From: Azolla caroliniana
Lineage: Eukaryota; Plantae; Polypodiophyta
Direction of reading: 5' to 3'
NCBI GenBank assembly: GCA_043228905.1
Contig: JBHGNT010000009.1
Span: 17,484,001-17,548,000, forward strand
DNA length: 64,000 nt
The position numbers and the translations under genes were made by a program. Within the stretch, counting starts at the first letter, position 1. Each line of letters starts with the position of its first letter. The notes beneath the pieces are model-generated. The model was not told where the DNA came from and did not search any database. It saw only the letters and a program-made list of their open reading frames with translations. Positions 25,107-34,910 of the stretch are shown piece after piece.

Positions 25107-25891
25107 TGTCGTGCCTTTCAGCTCCGAATCGTTGCATGAGTCAGGTGGGAACCACTGAGATTTTGGAGTAGGAGAAAGAAGAATACAATATAAGGCTAGT
25201 TATGAATAGGTAGAAAGAGAAGTAAGAAATAAAACTTGTGAATCCCACGTGTTTAGTGTATTTAATCAATATTTAGATTGTAAGAAAGAGAATTTTGATG
25301 ATAAACTCGTGAATCCACGAATATATTAGATTGATCAATCCTTGTAAAATAATCAACAACCCCATACATCTTTCTCTCCTCCTTATATAAGGATGGAAGA
25401 GGCTAAGCATAGCTTCATGCTTTTTCTAAAGTGTTCATGCACACTAAATGTGCATGAGTAAATTTTTATTGGTGTACATTTTTCTTTAAAGTATTCACGC
25501 ATTCTAAAAATGCATGACTTACCTTTTAATAAAGGTAGGCGTAAATAAAGGTCTTATATGTATTAAATCTATATTTAGAACACTTTGGATAAGTTAGTAC
25601 AATGGTAAGGTTGGGGTTTGTCTACGTGGAGGTATAGGGTTTGAATCTTGCCCTATGCATGTAACGATCTTTTCTTTAATTTACAAATTTGTCTCTCCAT
25701 CCGGTGAGAGACTCTCACCTGCCTTCTTTATCCGACTCTTGTCGGTTCTGCTTGATCCGGTTCTTATCGGGTCCTCCTTGCCGGTTCCTCCTTCGTCTGG
25801 TTCTCATCGATTCTCCTTACCGGGTCCTCCTTGTCCAATCCGGAGGGACAAAAATGCATTTTTCACGTAGTGTGCGAATTACACTACGACA
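25107..25891 (-). repeat. 3' LTR of the gypsy element (inverted relative to its 5' LTR)
   Basis: Reverse complement of 11664-12479. On the minus strand it is preceded by PPT GGCGGGGGCAAG and followed by TSD ACGT. Confidence 0.92.
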
Positions 25892-26250
25892 CTTGCCCCC
25901 GCCGAACCTGCACATCCTCCGGTATGTGCCGAAGTTCGCGATGCTCATTATTCGCCTTCATCCGTAGCACTCTCCGATTCTCCCCTTATGTCGACTACGA
26001 GTTGAAGTTCACTTTCTTTGCTTTCCGCATCACTGCGATCTTTGTCCGGTTGCTCCTCGTTGTCGGTCTTGTCTAGGGTTACATAGGGTTCGTCATCAGT
26101 CCGCTTCTTGAAGATCTTTACCCGTTTCGATATAGGCACTTGTAGTATCGTTCCATCCAACTCGCATAGTCGGTAAGTTCCATTGTCAAAAAATTTCTGA
26201 ACCTCGTATGGCCCGAACCAGCTTTTCGCGAACTTCCGTATCATTGTATG

Positions 26251-26911
26251 TGACAGGAACACACGCTCCCGATGAACAACGCTCGGCCACAACCGAGCTT
26301 AGAATCATAAAACACAGAAAAAACGGGGAATGAACACACGACACAAAGGAGAGAAGAGTACACAGGATGTTTAACGTGGAAAACCCTGAGAGGGAAAAAC
26401 CACGGGAGTCCACAGACTCCAAACTATCACTATATCACAATGATTACAACAATGAGCTCACAGAGGCAACGACCTCGTGCTCACGATCTTCGCCACAGGC
26501 GGCGGTTACAACAGAGGCAACGACCTCTTCCTCTCTCTCTCTCTCTTTACATTGTTACGCGCTCTCTAGTCTTTTACCAACAAGAATGACAACATCTATT
26601 TTAAGTTTGCCCTAAGTCATATTTATACTAATATGACTTTTCGGCTATTTACAAATATAGCCCCGATGGCTTCTCAGGAAAACATATTTACGAATATGTC
26701 CCTTCATCCGGTGAGCACTTCTCACCGGGCCTTCACCATCCGGCGCTTGCGGGGCACTCGTCATCCGGTTCTGGGTAGCCGGGTACTCCTCATCCGGTTC
26801 TCACCGGGTCTTCCGTAGCCGGGTGTTCCTCATCCGGTTTCGACTTCGGCCGAGTTTGCTCATCGACATTGTTCTCCTCACTTCCCATCCGGAGGGACCT
26901 GTTTCCTAATA
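26251..26911 (-). mobile_element. Solo LTR of a copia family related to element D
   Basis: TSD GTATG (26246-26250 and 26912-26916). Shares GGTCCCTCCGGATGGGA and TCCCGTGGTTTTTCCC..AGGGTTTTCCACG with the element D LTR. Splits the gypsy integrase at HQHT|MIRKF. Confidence 0.88.
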
Positions 26912-27847
26912 GTATGTTGATGATCCAAACTACTGTCATAGACAATCACCCAATCTCCTTCTTCAATCTTCCGTGGTCGTAGTCGGTGATTTGTGTTGAA
27001 CCGGCTTTTGTTCCGGAATCGTGTTTCTTGTTGTCGGCGTGTTGCTTCCGCTATGTCTTCCAGTCTTCCTTCTAGTTGTCGTATCCGGATCGCTAGTAGT
27101 TCTTCTCGGCTCATCCCTTCCTTCCACGGTAGCATTGTCCATGTCACGATCGCGGTTTCTATCGGCATTACCGGTGCTTGTCCAGTCATAAGTTCTGTCA
27201 GCATATAACCGGTTATGGAGCTATGTGTTGTCCAATACGCCCATAGTGCATACGGGAGCATCTAAGGCCAATCCTTCACCCTTCCGTCGCATGCTTTGGC
27301 AAGTGCTTTGATGATCGGACTATGTCCTCGTTCGATTTTCCCGTTGGCCTCCGGATTGTATGCCGTTGTTAGTGTTAACCGAAGTCCATGTTTGGTGAAG
27401 AATTCCCTAGCTTTATCAGAGTCGAGTTCTCCCCAATCTGCAATCACTTGTCCTACGCACCCGTACCTGCAAAACACCTCCAAAAGAAATTGGTATACCG
27501 CAGAACACGTTTTCCTTCGTAGCACCCGACCTTCTACTTGGTTCGTGAGATCTTCCCGAGCTAACACCAAGTACTTCTTTTGTCCGATCCCGGTTGGCAT
27601 GGCTACAATGTCGAACATCCATTTGAAGTTGATTGTCGGTGAGAATGTCGGATGTAACTCATCTCGATGTCGAACTCCGGAGTAGATTTGACACTTCTCG
27701 TAGCTTACTGTGAACTCCATTATATCTTTGTACATATTCTTCCAACAATATTTTTGTTTGATTTTCACAAAAGTTGCCCATGTTCCTCGATGTCCAGCCC
27801 AATCGGATTCGTGAAACTCGGACATTATCTGGTTTCGTTGATCTTTC

Positions 27848-30800
27848 TGTTGGGATTTCGGTCCCTCCGGATGGGATGTCCGGAGATGAATGACGGCAAG
27901 CCCGGAGGCTGTTACGGAACCTTGGGATGAAGAGTACCCGGCATGGAGCCGGATGAAGAGTACCCGGTTACGGAGCCGGATGCTGAAGACCCCGGCTACG
28001 GAGCCGGATGACGAATGTACCCGGAGAGAGAGATCCGGATGCGGGGACATATTTGTGAATATGTTTGCCAAGAGCCCTTGAGGTTATATTTGTAAATAGC
28101 CCGAAAGTCATATGTGTATAAATATGACTTAGGGCAAACAGTTTATGTTGTTGTTGCTCATTTTTCTGTTTTTTGTGGGAGCGAAGTGAGAGCAGCCGAG
28201 AGAGAGAGAGAGAGAGAGAACCGAAGAGGTCGACGCCTCTGTGTAATACCGCCGCCTGTGGCGAGGACAGCGAGCTCAAGGTCGTCGCCTTGCAGCTCGC
28301 CATTGTATATTCCAGTGTATAGTGATAGTTGGAGTCGTGCACTCCCGTGGTTTTTCCCGTTTAGGGTTTTCCACGTTATACCCTGTGTATCGTGTCTTTC
28401 TCTGTATTTCCTATTTTCTGCTCCATTGATTCGCGATTTCTCGGTTGTGGCCGAGCGGTGAAGGGGAATAGAAGGGTCGAACTCCCTACAAACTGGTATC
28501 AGAGCACGTTGTTGCAGAAAATGGAAGGCGGCGGCAGCGGGCAGCCGGGGATGATGGTGCTGAACGCTCAGAATTACGCCGACTGGAAGATCAAGATGGA
28601 GGATCTTCTGATTGTTCGGGACCTGTACGAACCGATCGACAGGTCGGAAATACCGAAGGGGGTACTTGAGTCGGAGTGGAAGCTCCTGAACCGGAAAGCC
28701 GTAGCGACGATCCGACAATATGTCGATGTAAGCGTCCTACAACATGTGGCAAACGACACCAACGCATATGAGATGTGGAAGAAGCTGTCGGGCCTCTACG
28801 AGAGGAAGAATGCGTTGAACCGGACCTCCCTGATGAGGAAGATAGTGAACCTCAAGTACCGGGACGGCGAGAGTATGGTGGAACACGTAAGCACGTTCAT
28901 GGGATTCGTGAACCAGCTTGCGGCGATCAAGTTCCCGTTGGAGGATGCAATGCAAGCCATCATCCTGATGTGTACATTGCCGGACAGCTGGGAGAACTTG
29001 GTGGTGACTCTCAGCACCTCCTGCACCGAAGATAACTTGTCTCTACAAACGGTAAAGACAAGTATTTTGAACGAAGAAGCGCGTCGGAGAGATAAAGAAC
29101 CGGTCTCCGACTCGAAGGCGCTGCTTACCGAATCGGAACGAGGAAGACAGTGGAACCGGAGTCCGCAAAGACGGGAGAAGTCGGGGACCCGGTCGCAGTC
29201 AAGAGGAAGGCCAACATGCTTCCACTGTGGGAAGCCGGGGCACTTCCGGAAGAATTGTCGGCATTACCGAAAGGACAACGGAGCCGACGACACCGATTCG
29301 AAGAAGTCACCGGAGAGAAACGGTGCATACCGGGGAGCCACGGACCGGAGAGGTCCGGATCGGCGAGGGCAGGACCGGAAAGGAACGACGGCACTCGCGG
29401 CAAGTGAAGAAGAGATAATGCTTATTACCGAAGAGAGGGAGCTGAACCTTGCCGGTGTAGAGCTGACCTGGGTGGTCGATTCCGGAGCGTCGTTCCACCT
29501 GACCCCGGAGAAGAAATACTTCTCATCCTACACAGCCGGTGAGCACGGCTGTGTCCGGATGGGAAATGAAGGTACGTGCCGGATAGCCGGCATAGGAGAC
29601 GTGTGGCTGATGACATCAACCGGATGCAAGATGCTGCTGAAGGATGTGCGACACGTTCCGGAGGTCCGATTGAACCTGATCTCGGCCGGGAGGCTAGATG
29701 ATGAAGGCTACACGGGGAGCATCCGGAACGGTGTCATGAAGTTCAGCAAAGGAAGCCTGATAGTGGCTCGGGCCCGGAAAGACAACACTCTGTACCTGAT
29801 GAATGCCCGGTTATGTCCGGAAGAGCTGAATGTGGCAGCCGACACTGCCGATGAGCTGTGGCACAAGAGACTGTGCCACATGAGTGAGAAGGGGAGGAAG
29901 AGGCTTGCAGAAGACAACCTCATTCCAGTGAAGCATGTGCACCTGGAGAAGTGCACCGACTGCCTGGCCGGTAAGCAAAACCGGACCTCCTTCCACTCAA
30001 GGCCACCGATGAGACGTAGCGCACCATTGGAGTTGGTGCACACTGATGTGTGTCAGGTAGAAACGAAGTCACATGGCGGAGCCCAGTACTTCGTAACATT
30101 CATTGATGATCACAGCCGGAAGCTGTGGACGGCACCGTTGAAGACAAAGGACCAAGTATTGTCCGTCTTCAAAGAACTCCACGCGAGAGTGGAAAGGGAA
30201 TCCGGCAAGAAGCTGAAAGCGATACGAGCGGATAACGGAGGGGAATACCGGGGGCAGTTCCAGGAGTATTGTCGCTCGAAGGGAATCCGACTCGAGTTTA
30301 CTGTGCCGAAGACGCCGGAACTGAACGGGCTGGCCGAGAGGATGAACCGGACCATAATGGAGAGGGTCCGGAGTATGCTGGCGCATGCGAAATTACCCAA
30401 GGGGTTTTGGGCTGAGGCAATGTCGACGGCGACATACGTGATAAACAGATCACCCTCAGTACCTTTGGACGGAGACACGCCGCAGAAAGTGTGGACCGGT
30501 AAGGAAGTGTCCTACCGGCATCTGAAGGTGTTCGGGTGTCTCGCATACGTGCATGTGGCAAAGGACCGGAGAGGAAAGCTAGATCCAAAGACCCGGCCAT
30601 GCATATTCCTCGGTTACGGCGACGACGAGTTCGGCTACCGAGTATGGGACCCGGTGGACAAGAAGATATTCAGGAGTCGAGACATCATCTTCATGGAGGA
30701 CAAGACACTCGCCGACTGGGAGTCGGAGAAGAAGATGAAGAGCTCCAAGTCGACCGGTGAGGATCAACTCTACGAGGAGCAGTCCCGACCGGCAAGAGAC

Positions 30801-33303
30801 CGGTTAGCACTCGAGGATCCGGCCGAAGACGGTGAAGAAACAGAACCGGCCGAAGAAGATGAAAATGATACCGGAACCGGCCCCGATCCCGAAATGGATT
30901 CGGATGAAGAAGAATCGGAAGAACCGGTTACCGAAGCTCCGGAACGGAGATATCCTCTAAGAGAGAGAAGGGCCCCCCGGAGATTTCCGGAACCAGAGCA
31001 CGTGCTGCTAACCGACGAAGGGGAGCCGGAGAGCTTTGAAGAAGCAAAGCACGACACCCAGAGCCGTAGGTGGTTGAGTGCCATGCAGGACGAGATGGAT
31101 TCCCTGCATGAGAACCACACATATGAACTTGTGGAGTTGCCGAAAGGAAAGCGGGCACTTCGAAACAAGTGGGTGTTCAAGCTGAAACCGGGAGATGCCG
31201 GAAACCCCCCGAGATACAAAGCCAGGATCGTGGTGAAGGGGTTTCAGCAGAAGAAGGGCGTCGACTTCGACGAGATATTTGCCCCGGTAGTGAAGATGAC
31301 CTCCATCCGGACGGTGCTGAGCATAGCGTCAAGCATGGACCTCGAGGTAGAACAGATGGACGTGAAGACGGCATTCCTTCACGGTGACCTCGATGAAGAG
31401 ATCTACATGCAGCAACCGGAAGGATTCGAGAAGAAAGGGAAGGAGCACCTGGTATGCCGGTTGAAGAAGAGCCTTTACGGACTGAAGCAGGCTCCCCGGC
31501 AATGGTACCGGAAGTTCGACTCCTTCATGACCGACGAAGGCTACCACAAAACGCAGTCTGATCACTGCGTGTTTGTGAAGAAGTTCGAAGGAGGAGACTC
31601 TCTAATACTCCTCCTGTACGTGGACGACATGTTGATCGTCGGACGGGACCAGGTCAAGATACGGATGCTGAAGAAGGCTCTTCACCGAACCTTCTCAATG
31701 AAGGATTTGGGTCCGGCGAGACAAATACTAGGGATGCACATCATCCGGGACCGGAGCAAGAAGCAGTTGTGGCTGTCACAGGAGAAGTACGTGACAAAGG
31801 TGCTTCAACGGTTCAACATGTCGGAAGCAAGACCGGTCGGATCAACCCTCCCGGCAAACTGCAAGCTGTCCAGCAAGCAAAGCCCCAGGACAAAGGCTGA
31901 GAAAGAGGACATGATGAAAGTACCATATGCCTCTGCTGTCGGAAGCTTGATGTACGCAATGGTGTGTACAAGACCAGACATTGGATACGCAGTCGGAGTG
32001 GTGAGCCGGTACATGAGCAATCCCGGCAAAGAGCATTGGAACGCGGTCAAGTGGATACTCCGATACCTGAAGGGCACGGCAAACGTGTGCCTCCGATTCG
32101 GCTCCGGTAAGCCCGAACTCGACGGCATCACCGATTCGGATATGTCGGCTGATGCAGATACCAGCCGGTCCACATCAGGGTATGTGATGACCTATGCAGG
32201 GGGAGCCGTTTCGTGGCAGTCGAGGCTGCAGAAGACGGTTGCGTTGTCAACCACGGAGGCGGAGTACATGGTAGCTGTTGAAGCCGGCAAGGAAATAATA
32301 TGGATGAAGGACTTCATTAGAGAGCTCGGTATCCAGCAGGAGGAGTACCGACTCTACTGCGATAGTCAGAGTGCCATCCACCTTGCGAAGAACGCGGCCT
32401 ACCATTCCCGGACGAAACACATCCAGCGAAGATATCACTGGATCCGGGAAAGGATAGAAGACAAGGAGTTCGTGCTGACGAAGATCCACACGGACGAGAA
32501 CGGGTCGGATATGCTGACCAAGGTGCTCACACCCGACAAGCTGGAAGCATGCCGGAAGAGGATCGGGTTGGAGAGACATCCCATGCCGAAGTGAAGGGGG
32601 AGTTTGTTGGGATTTCGGTCCCTCCGGATGGGATGTCCGGAGATGAATGACGGCAAGCCCGGAGGCTGTTACGGAACCTTGGGATGAAGAGTACCCGGCA
32701 TGGAGCCGGATGAAGAGTACCCGGTTACGGAGCCGGATGCTGAAGACCCCGGCTACGGAGCCGGATGCTGAAGACCCCGGCTACGGAGCCGGATGCTGAA
32801 GACCCCGGCTACGGAGCCGGATGACGAATGTACCCGGAGAGAGAGATCCGGATGCGGGGACATATTTGTGAATATGTTTGCCAAGAGCCCTTGAGGTTAT
32901 ATTTGTAAATAGCCCGAAAGTCATATGTGTATAAATATGACTTAGGGCAAACAGTTTATGTTGTTGTTGCTCATTTTTCTGTTTTTTGTGGGAGCGAAGT
33001 GAGAGCAGCCGAGAGAGAGAGAGAGAGAGAGAACCGAAGAGGTCGACGCCTCTGTGTAATACCGCCGCCTGTGGCGAGGACAGCGAGCTCAAGGTCGTCG
33101 CCTTGCAGCTCGCCATTGTATATTCCAGTGTATAGTGATAGTTGGAGTCGTGCACTCCCGTGGTTTTTCCAGTTTAGGGTTTTCCACGTTATACCCTGTG
33201 TATCGTGTCTTTCTCTGTATTTCCTATTTTCTGCTCCATTGATTCGCGATTTCTCGGTTGTGGCCGAGCGGTGAAGGGGAATAGAAGGGTCGAACTCCCT
33301 ACA
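27848..33303 (+). mobile_element. Intact Ty1/copia element D (Tnt1/Tork-like)
   Basis: LTRs 27848-28490 and 32605-33303 (TG...CA); TSD CTTTC; PBS TGGTATCAGAGC (28494-28505); PPT GAAGGGGGAG; single uninterrupted ORF. Confidence 0.98.
28521..32594 (+). CDS. Copia Gag-Pol polyprotein, 1357 aa (gag, CCHC, PR, INT, RT, RNase H)
   Basis: First ATG after the PBS; CFHCGKPGHFRKNC, WVVDSGAS, LWHKRLCH, RADNGGEY, NGLAERMN, QMDVKTAFL, LLYVDDM, STTEAEY, HIQRRYHWIRE. Confidence 0.96.
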   Translation: MEGGGSGQPGMMVLNAQNYADWKIKMEDLLIVRDLYEPIDRSEIPKGVLESEWKLLNRKAVATIRQYVDVSVLQHVANDTNAYEMWKKLSGLYERKNALNRTSLMRKIVNLKYRDGESMVEHVSTFMGFVNQLAAIKFPLEDAMQAIILMCTLPDSWENLVVTLSTSCTEDNLSLQTVKTSILNEEARRRDKEPVSDSKALLTESERGRQWNRSPQRREKSGTRSQSRGRPTCFHCGKPGHFRKNCRHYRKDNGADDTDSKKSPERNGAYRGATDRRGPDRRGQDRKGTTALAASEEEIMLITEERELNLAGVELTWVVDSGASFHLTPEKKYFSSYTAGEHGCVRMGNEGTCRIAGIGDVWLMTSTGCKMLLKDVRHVPEVRLNLISAGRLDDEGYTGSIRNGVMKFSKGSLIVARARKDNTLYLMNARLCPEELNVAADTADELWHKRLCHMSEKGRKRLAEDNLIPVKHVHLEKCTDCLAGKQNRTSFHSRPPMRRSAPLELVHTDVCQVETKSHGGAQYFVTFIDDHSRKLWTAPLKTKDQVLSVFKELHARVERESGKKLKAIRADNGGEYRGQFQEYCRSKGIRLEFTVPKTPELNGLAERMNRTIMERVRSMLAHAKLPKGFWAEAMSTATYVINRSPSVPLDGDTPQKVWTGKEVSYRHLKVFGCLAYVHVAKDRRGKLDPKTRPCIFLGYGDDEFGYRVWDPVDKKIFRSRDIIFMEDKTLADWESEKKMKSSKSTGEDQLYEEQSRPARDRLALEDPAEDGEETEPAEEDENDTGTGPDPEMDSDEEESEEPVTEAPERRYPLRERRAPRRFPEPEHVLLTDEGEPESFEEAKHDTQSRRWLSAMQDEMDSLHENHTYELVELPKGKRALRNKWVFKLKPGDAGNPPRYKARIVVKGFQQKKGVDFDEIFAPVVKMTSIRTVLSIASSMDLEVEQMDVKTAFLHGDLDEEIYMQQPEGFEKKGKEHLVCRLKKSLYGLKQAPRQWYRKFDSFMTDEGYHKTQSDHCVFVKKFEGGDSLILLLYVDDMLIVGRDQVKIRMLKKALHRTFSMKDLGPARQILGMHIIRDRSKKQLWLSQEKYVTKVLQRFNMSEARPVGSTLPANCKLSSKQSPRTKAEKEDMMKVPYASAVGSLMYAMVCTRPDIGYAVGVVSRYMSNPGKEHWNAVKWILRYLKGTANVCLRFGSGKPELDGITDSDMSADADTSRSTSGYVMTYAGGAVSWQSRLQKTVALSTTEAEYMVAVEAGKEIIWMKDFIRELGIQQEEYRLYCDSQSAIHLAKNAAYHSRTKHIQRRYHWIRERIEDKEFVLTKIHTDENGSDMLTKVLTPDKLEACRKRIGLERHPMPK

Positions 33304-34910
33304 CTTTCGTCCCGACTACCCAAAGTGGTATGCCATCTAGTCTTTTCGGCTCCCTCCATATTAATCCATTTTTCAAGAAGAACTTTTGGACTTGACTCTT
33401 CTTCCTTCGGATCTCGGCTCTCTTCTCTTTATCGTCTGATGATTCCTCAATCTCTTGTAGCACCTTCCCGATCATCAAGCTTTCTCCGTCGTATTCTTCT
33501 TCTCGGAATTCTCGGATTACGTTTACTCGGCATATGTGCTCCGAACCAAAGTAGTCTTCAGAAACTTCTTCATTATCGGATTCGGCTATGTCGTCTTCGA
33601 ACCGAGCCCTTCATAGCATATCCGCTACCGCATTGTCTTTTCCGGAGATATGACGTACATCCGGGTTAAGCGACTTAACATATGCAATCCATCTTAGCAT
33701 AGCCACATCCGGTATCGTGCAACACCGCATCATCTCGAGTATCAGAAGACAATCTGTTTCGATCACTACTTCGGCTCCGATCAAATAATCTCGATCCGAT
33801 TTGATTGCCGACATGACTCCCCATAATTCTCTTTTGACTTTCATTGAGAACCTTTGCTACGAATCGGATAGTATATCGCAACCCATCCGAGTCGGCTTGA
33901 TTGATGACCCATCCGATATCAACCGTTACTATGATCGGTCGCTCATAGCTCGGCTTCTTAAGTGCTTGAACCCTCCGTAGTGTTTTCTTGAGCTTATTCA
34001 TGGCTTTGGTGTGTTCCGGTTTCCATTCAAACTTCGTCCCCTTCCGCAATAAGTGATAGAGTGGGTCTGCAATATGTGCATAGTGCGGAATCCATATGTG
34101 ATAAAATGCACAAGCTCCAAGAAACCTTCGGACTTCAGATTGTGACTCGCATACTTCTTTCATAGCTTGAATCGCATCGACCTTGGTTGGTGACGGTCTT
34201 TGGCCGTAGGGCCCACATAGATGTCCGACTACCAATATCTCTTCTTGCCCGAATGCCGATTTCTCCCCGGAAAGTGTTAGGTGCACATCTTCTAACTTTC
34301 GAAGCACTTTCTCGCAATCACGAATATGGTCGACTACGAACTTTCGGTATCCCCGATCATCCATAGTTTCATCTTTTTCTTCTACCGTGCATCCTTTCAT
34401 CGGAATGTCATATAGGAACGGCATCGTTATCTCCGGAATGCAATCTTGAAGCACCTTGTTCATCGCGTTCATCATATGTGCAACCGAGTTTGCCGCTCCT
34501 TGTGGTAGTGTGCACATTCGAACTAATCCTATTGGTGTCCGCATGGAAGTGATGTCTCGGCTCTCCATGGCTAGTTGGAATTGGTCATACCCGGAGTATA
34601 GGTCTTCGATAGAGTATATCGCACGTTCGGCAAATGCTTCCGCAAATTCGTCCACTATCGGACCGACTCCGGAGTTCCGGATCATGAACTTGTTCACCGG
34701 TTGCAAGTCTTGAATAAACCAGAGTGACCCATTCTTCTTCAGAACCGTAAACCATCGATTTGAGTACGGAACGTTTGACAGCTCTAGAATCCCCATCGCC
34801 ACCTTCTCCTTGAGTAAGTCAATGACTTTCGGAATATGCGCCTGTGGCACCAGAATCAGCTTCAGGTTCCACGACACATGATCAATCGTGAAGATCACCA
34901 TCGGCTCCAC

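Larger units (their letters stand above)
25892..34910 (-). mobile_element. Ty3/gypsy element, 3' coding part (RT, RNase H, integrase with GPY motif), interrupted by a solo LTR and copia D
   Basis: VEPMVIF...DLYSGYDQF...LPQGAANS...RFLG; RNase H ETDC...GKDNAVADML; INT HESDWAGHRG...YNPEANGKIERGH; WFGPYEV. No chromodomain seen. Confidence 0.9.

Noticed and set aside
11664-25891. A giant TIR or DIRS-like element bounded by 0.8-kb inverted repeats
   Set aside because: The PBS, PPT, DDE integrase and ACGT TSD show these are the two LTRs of one gypsy element separated by an inversion.
28392-28520. N-terminal 43 aa of the 1400-aa ORF
   Set aside because: It starts at a GTG inside the LTR and crosses the PBS; the likely start is the ATG at 28521.
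32680-32830. CRISPR-like regular 28-bp repeats
   Set aside because: The units are head-to-tail with no unique spacers, lie inside an LTR, and no cas genes are present.
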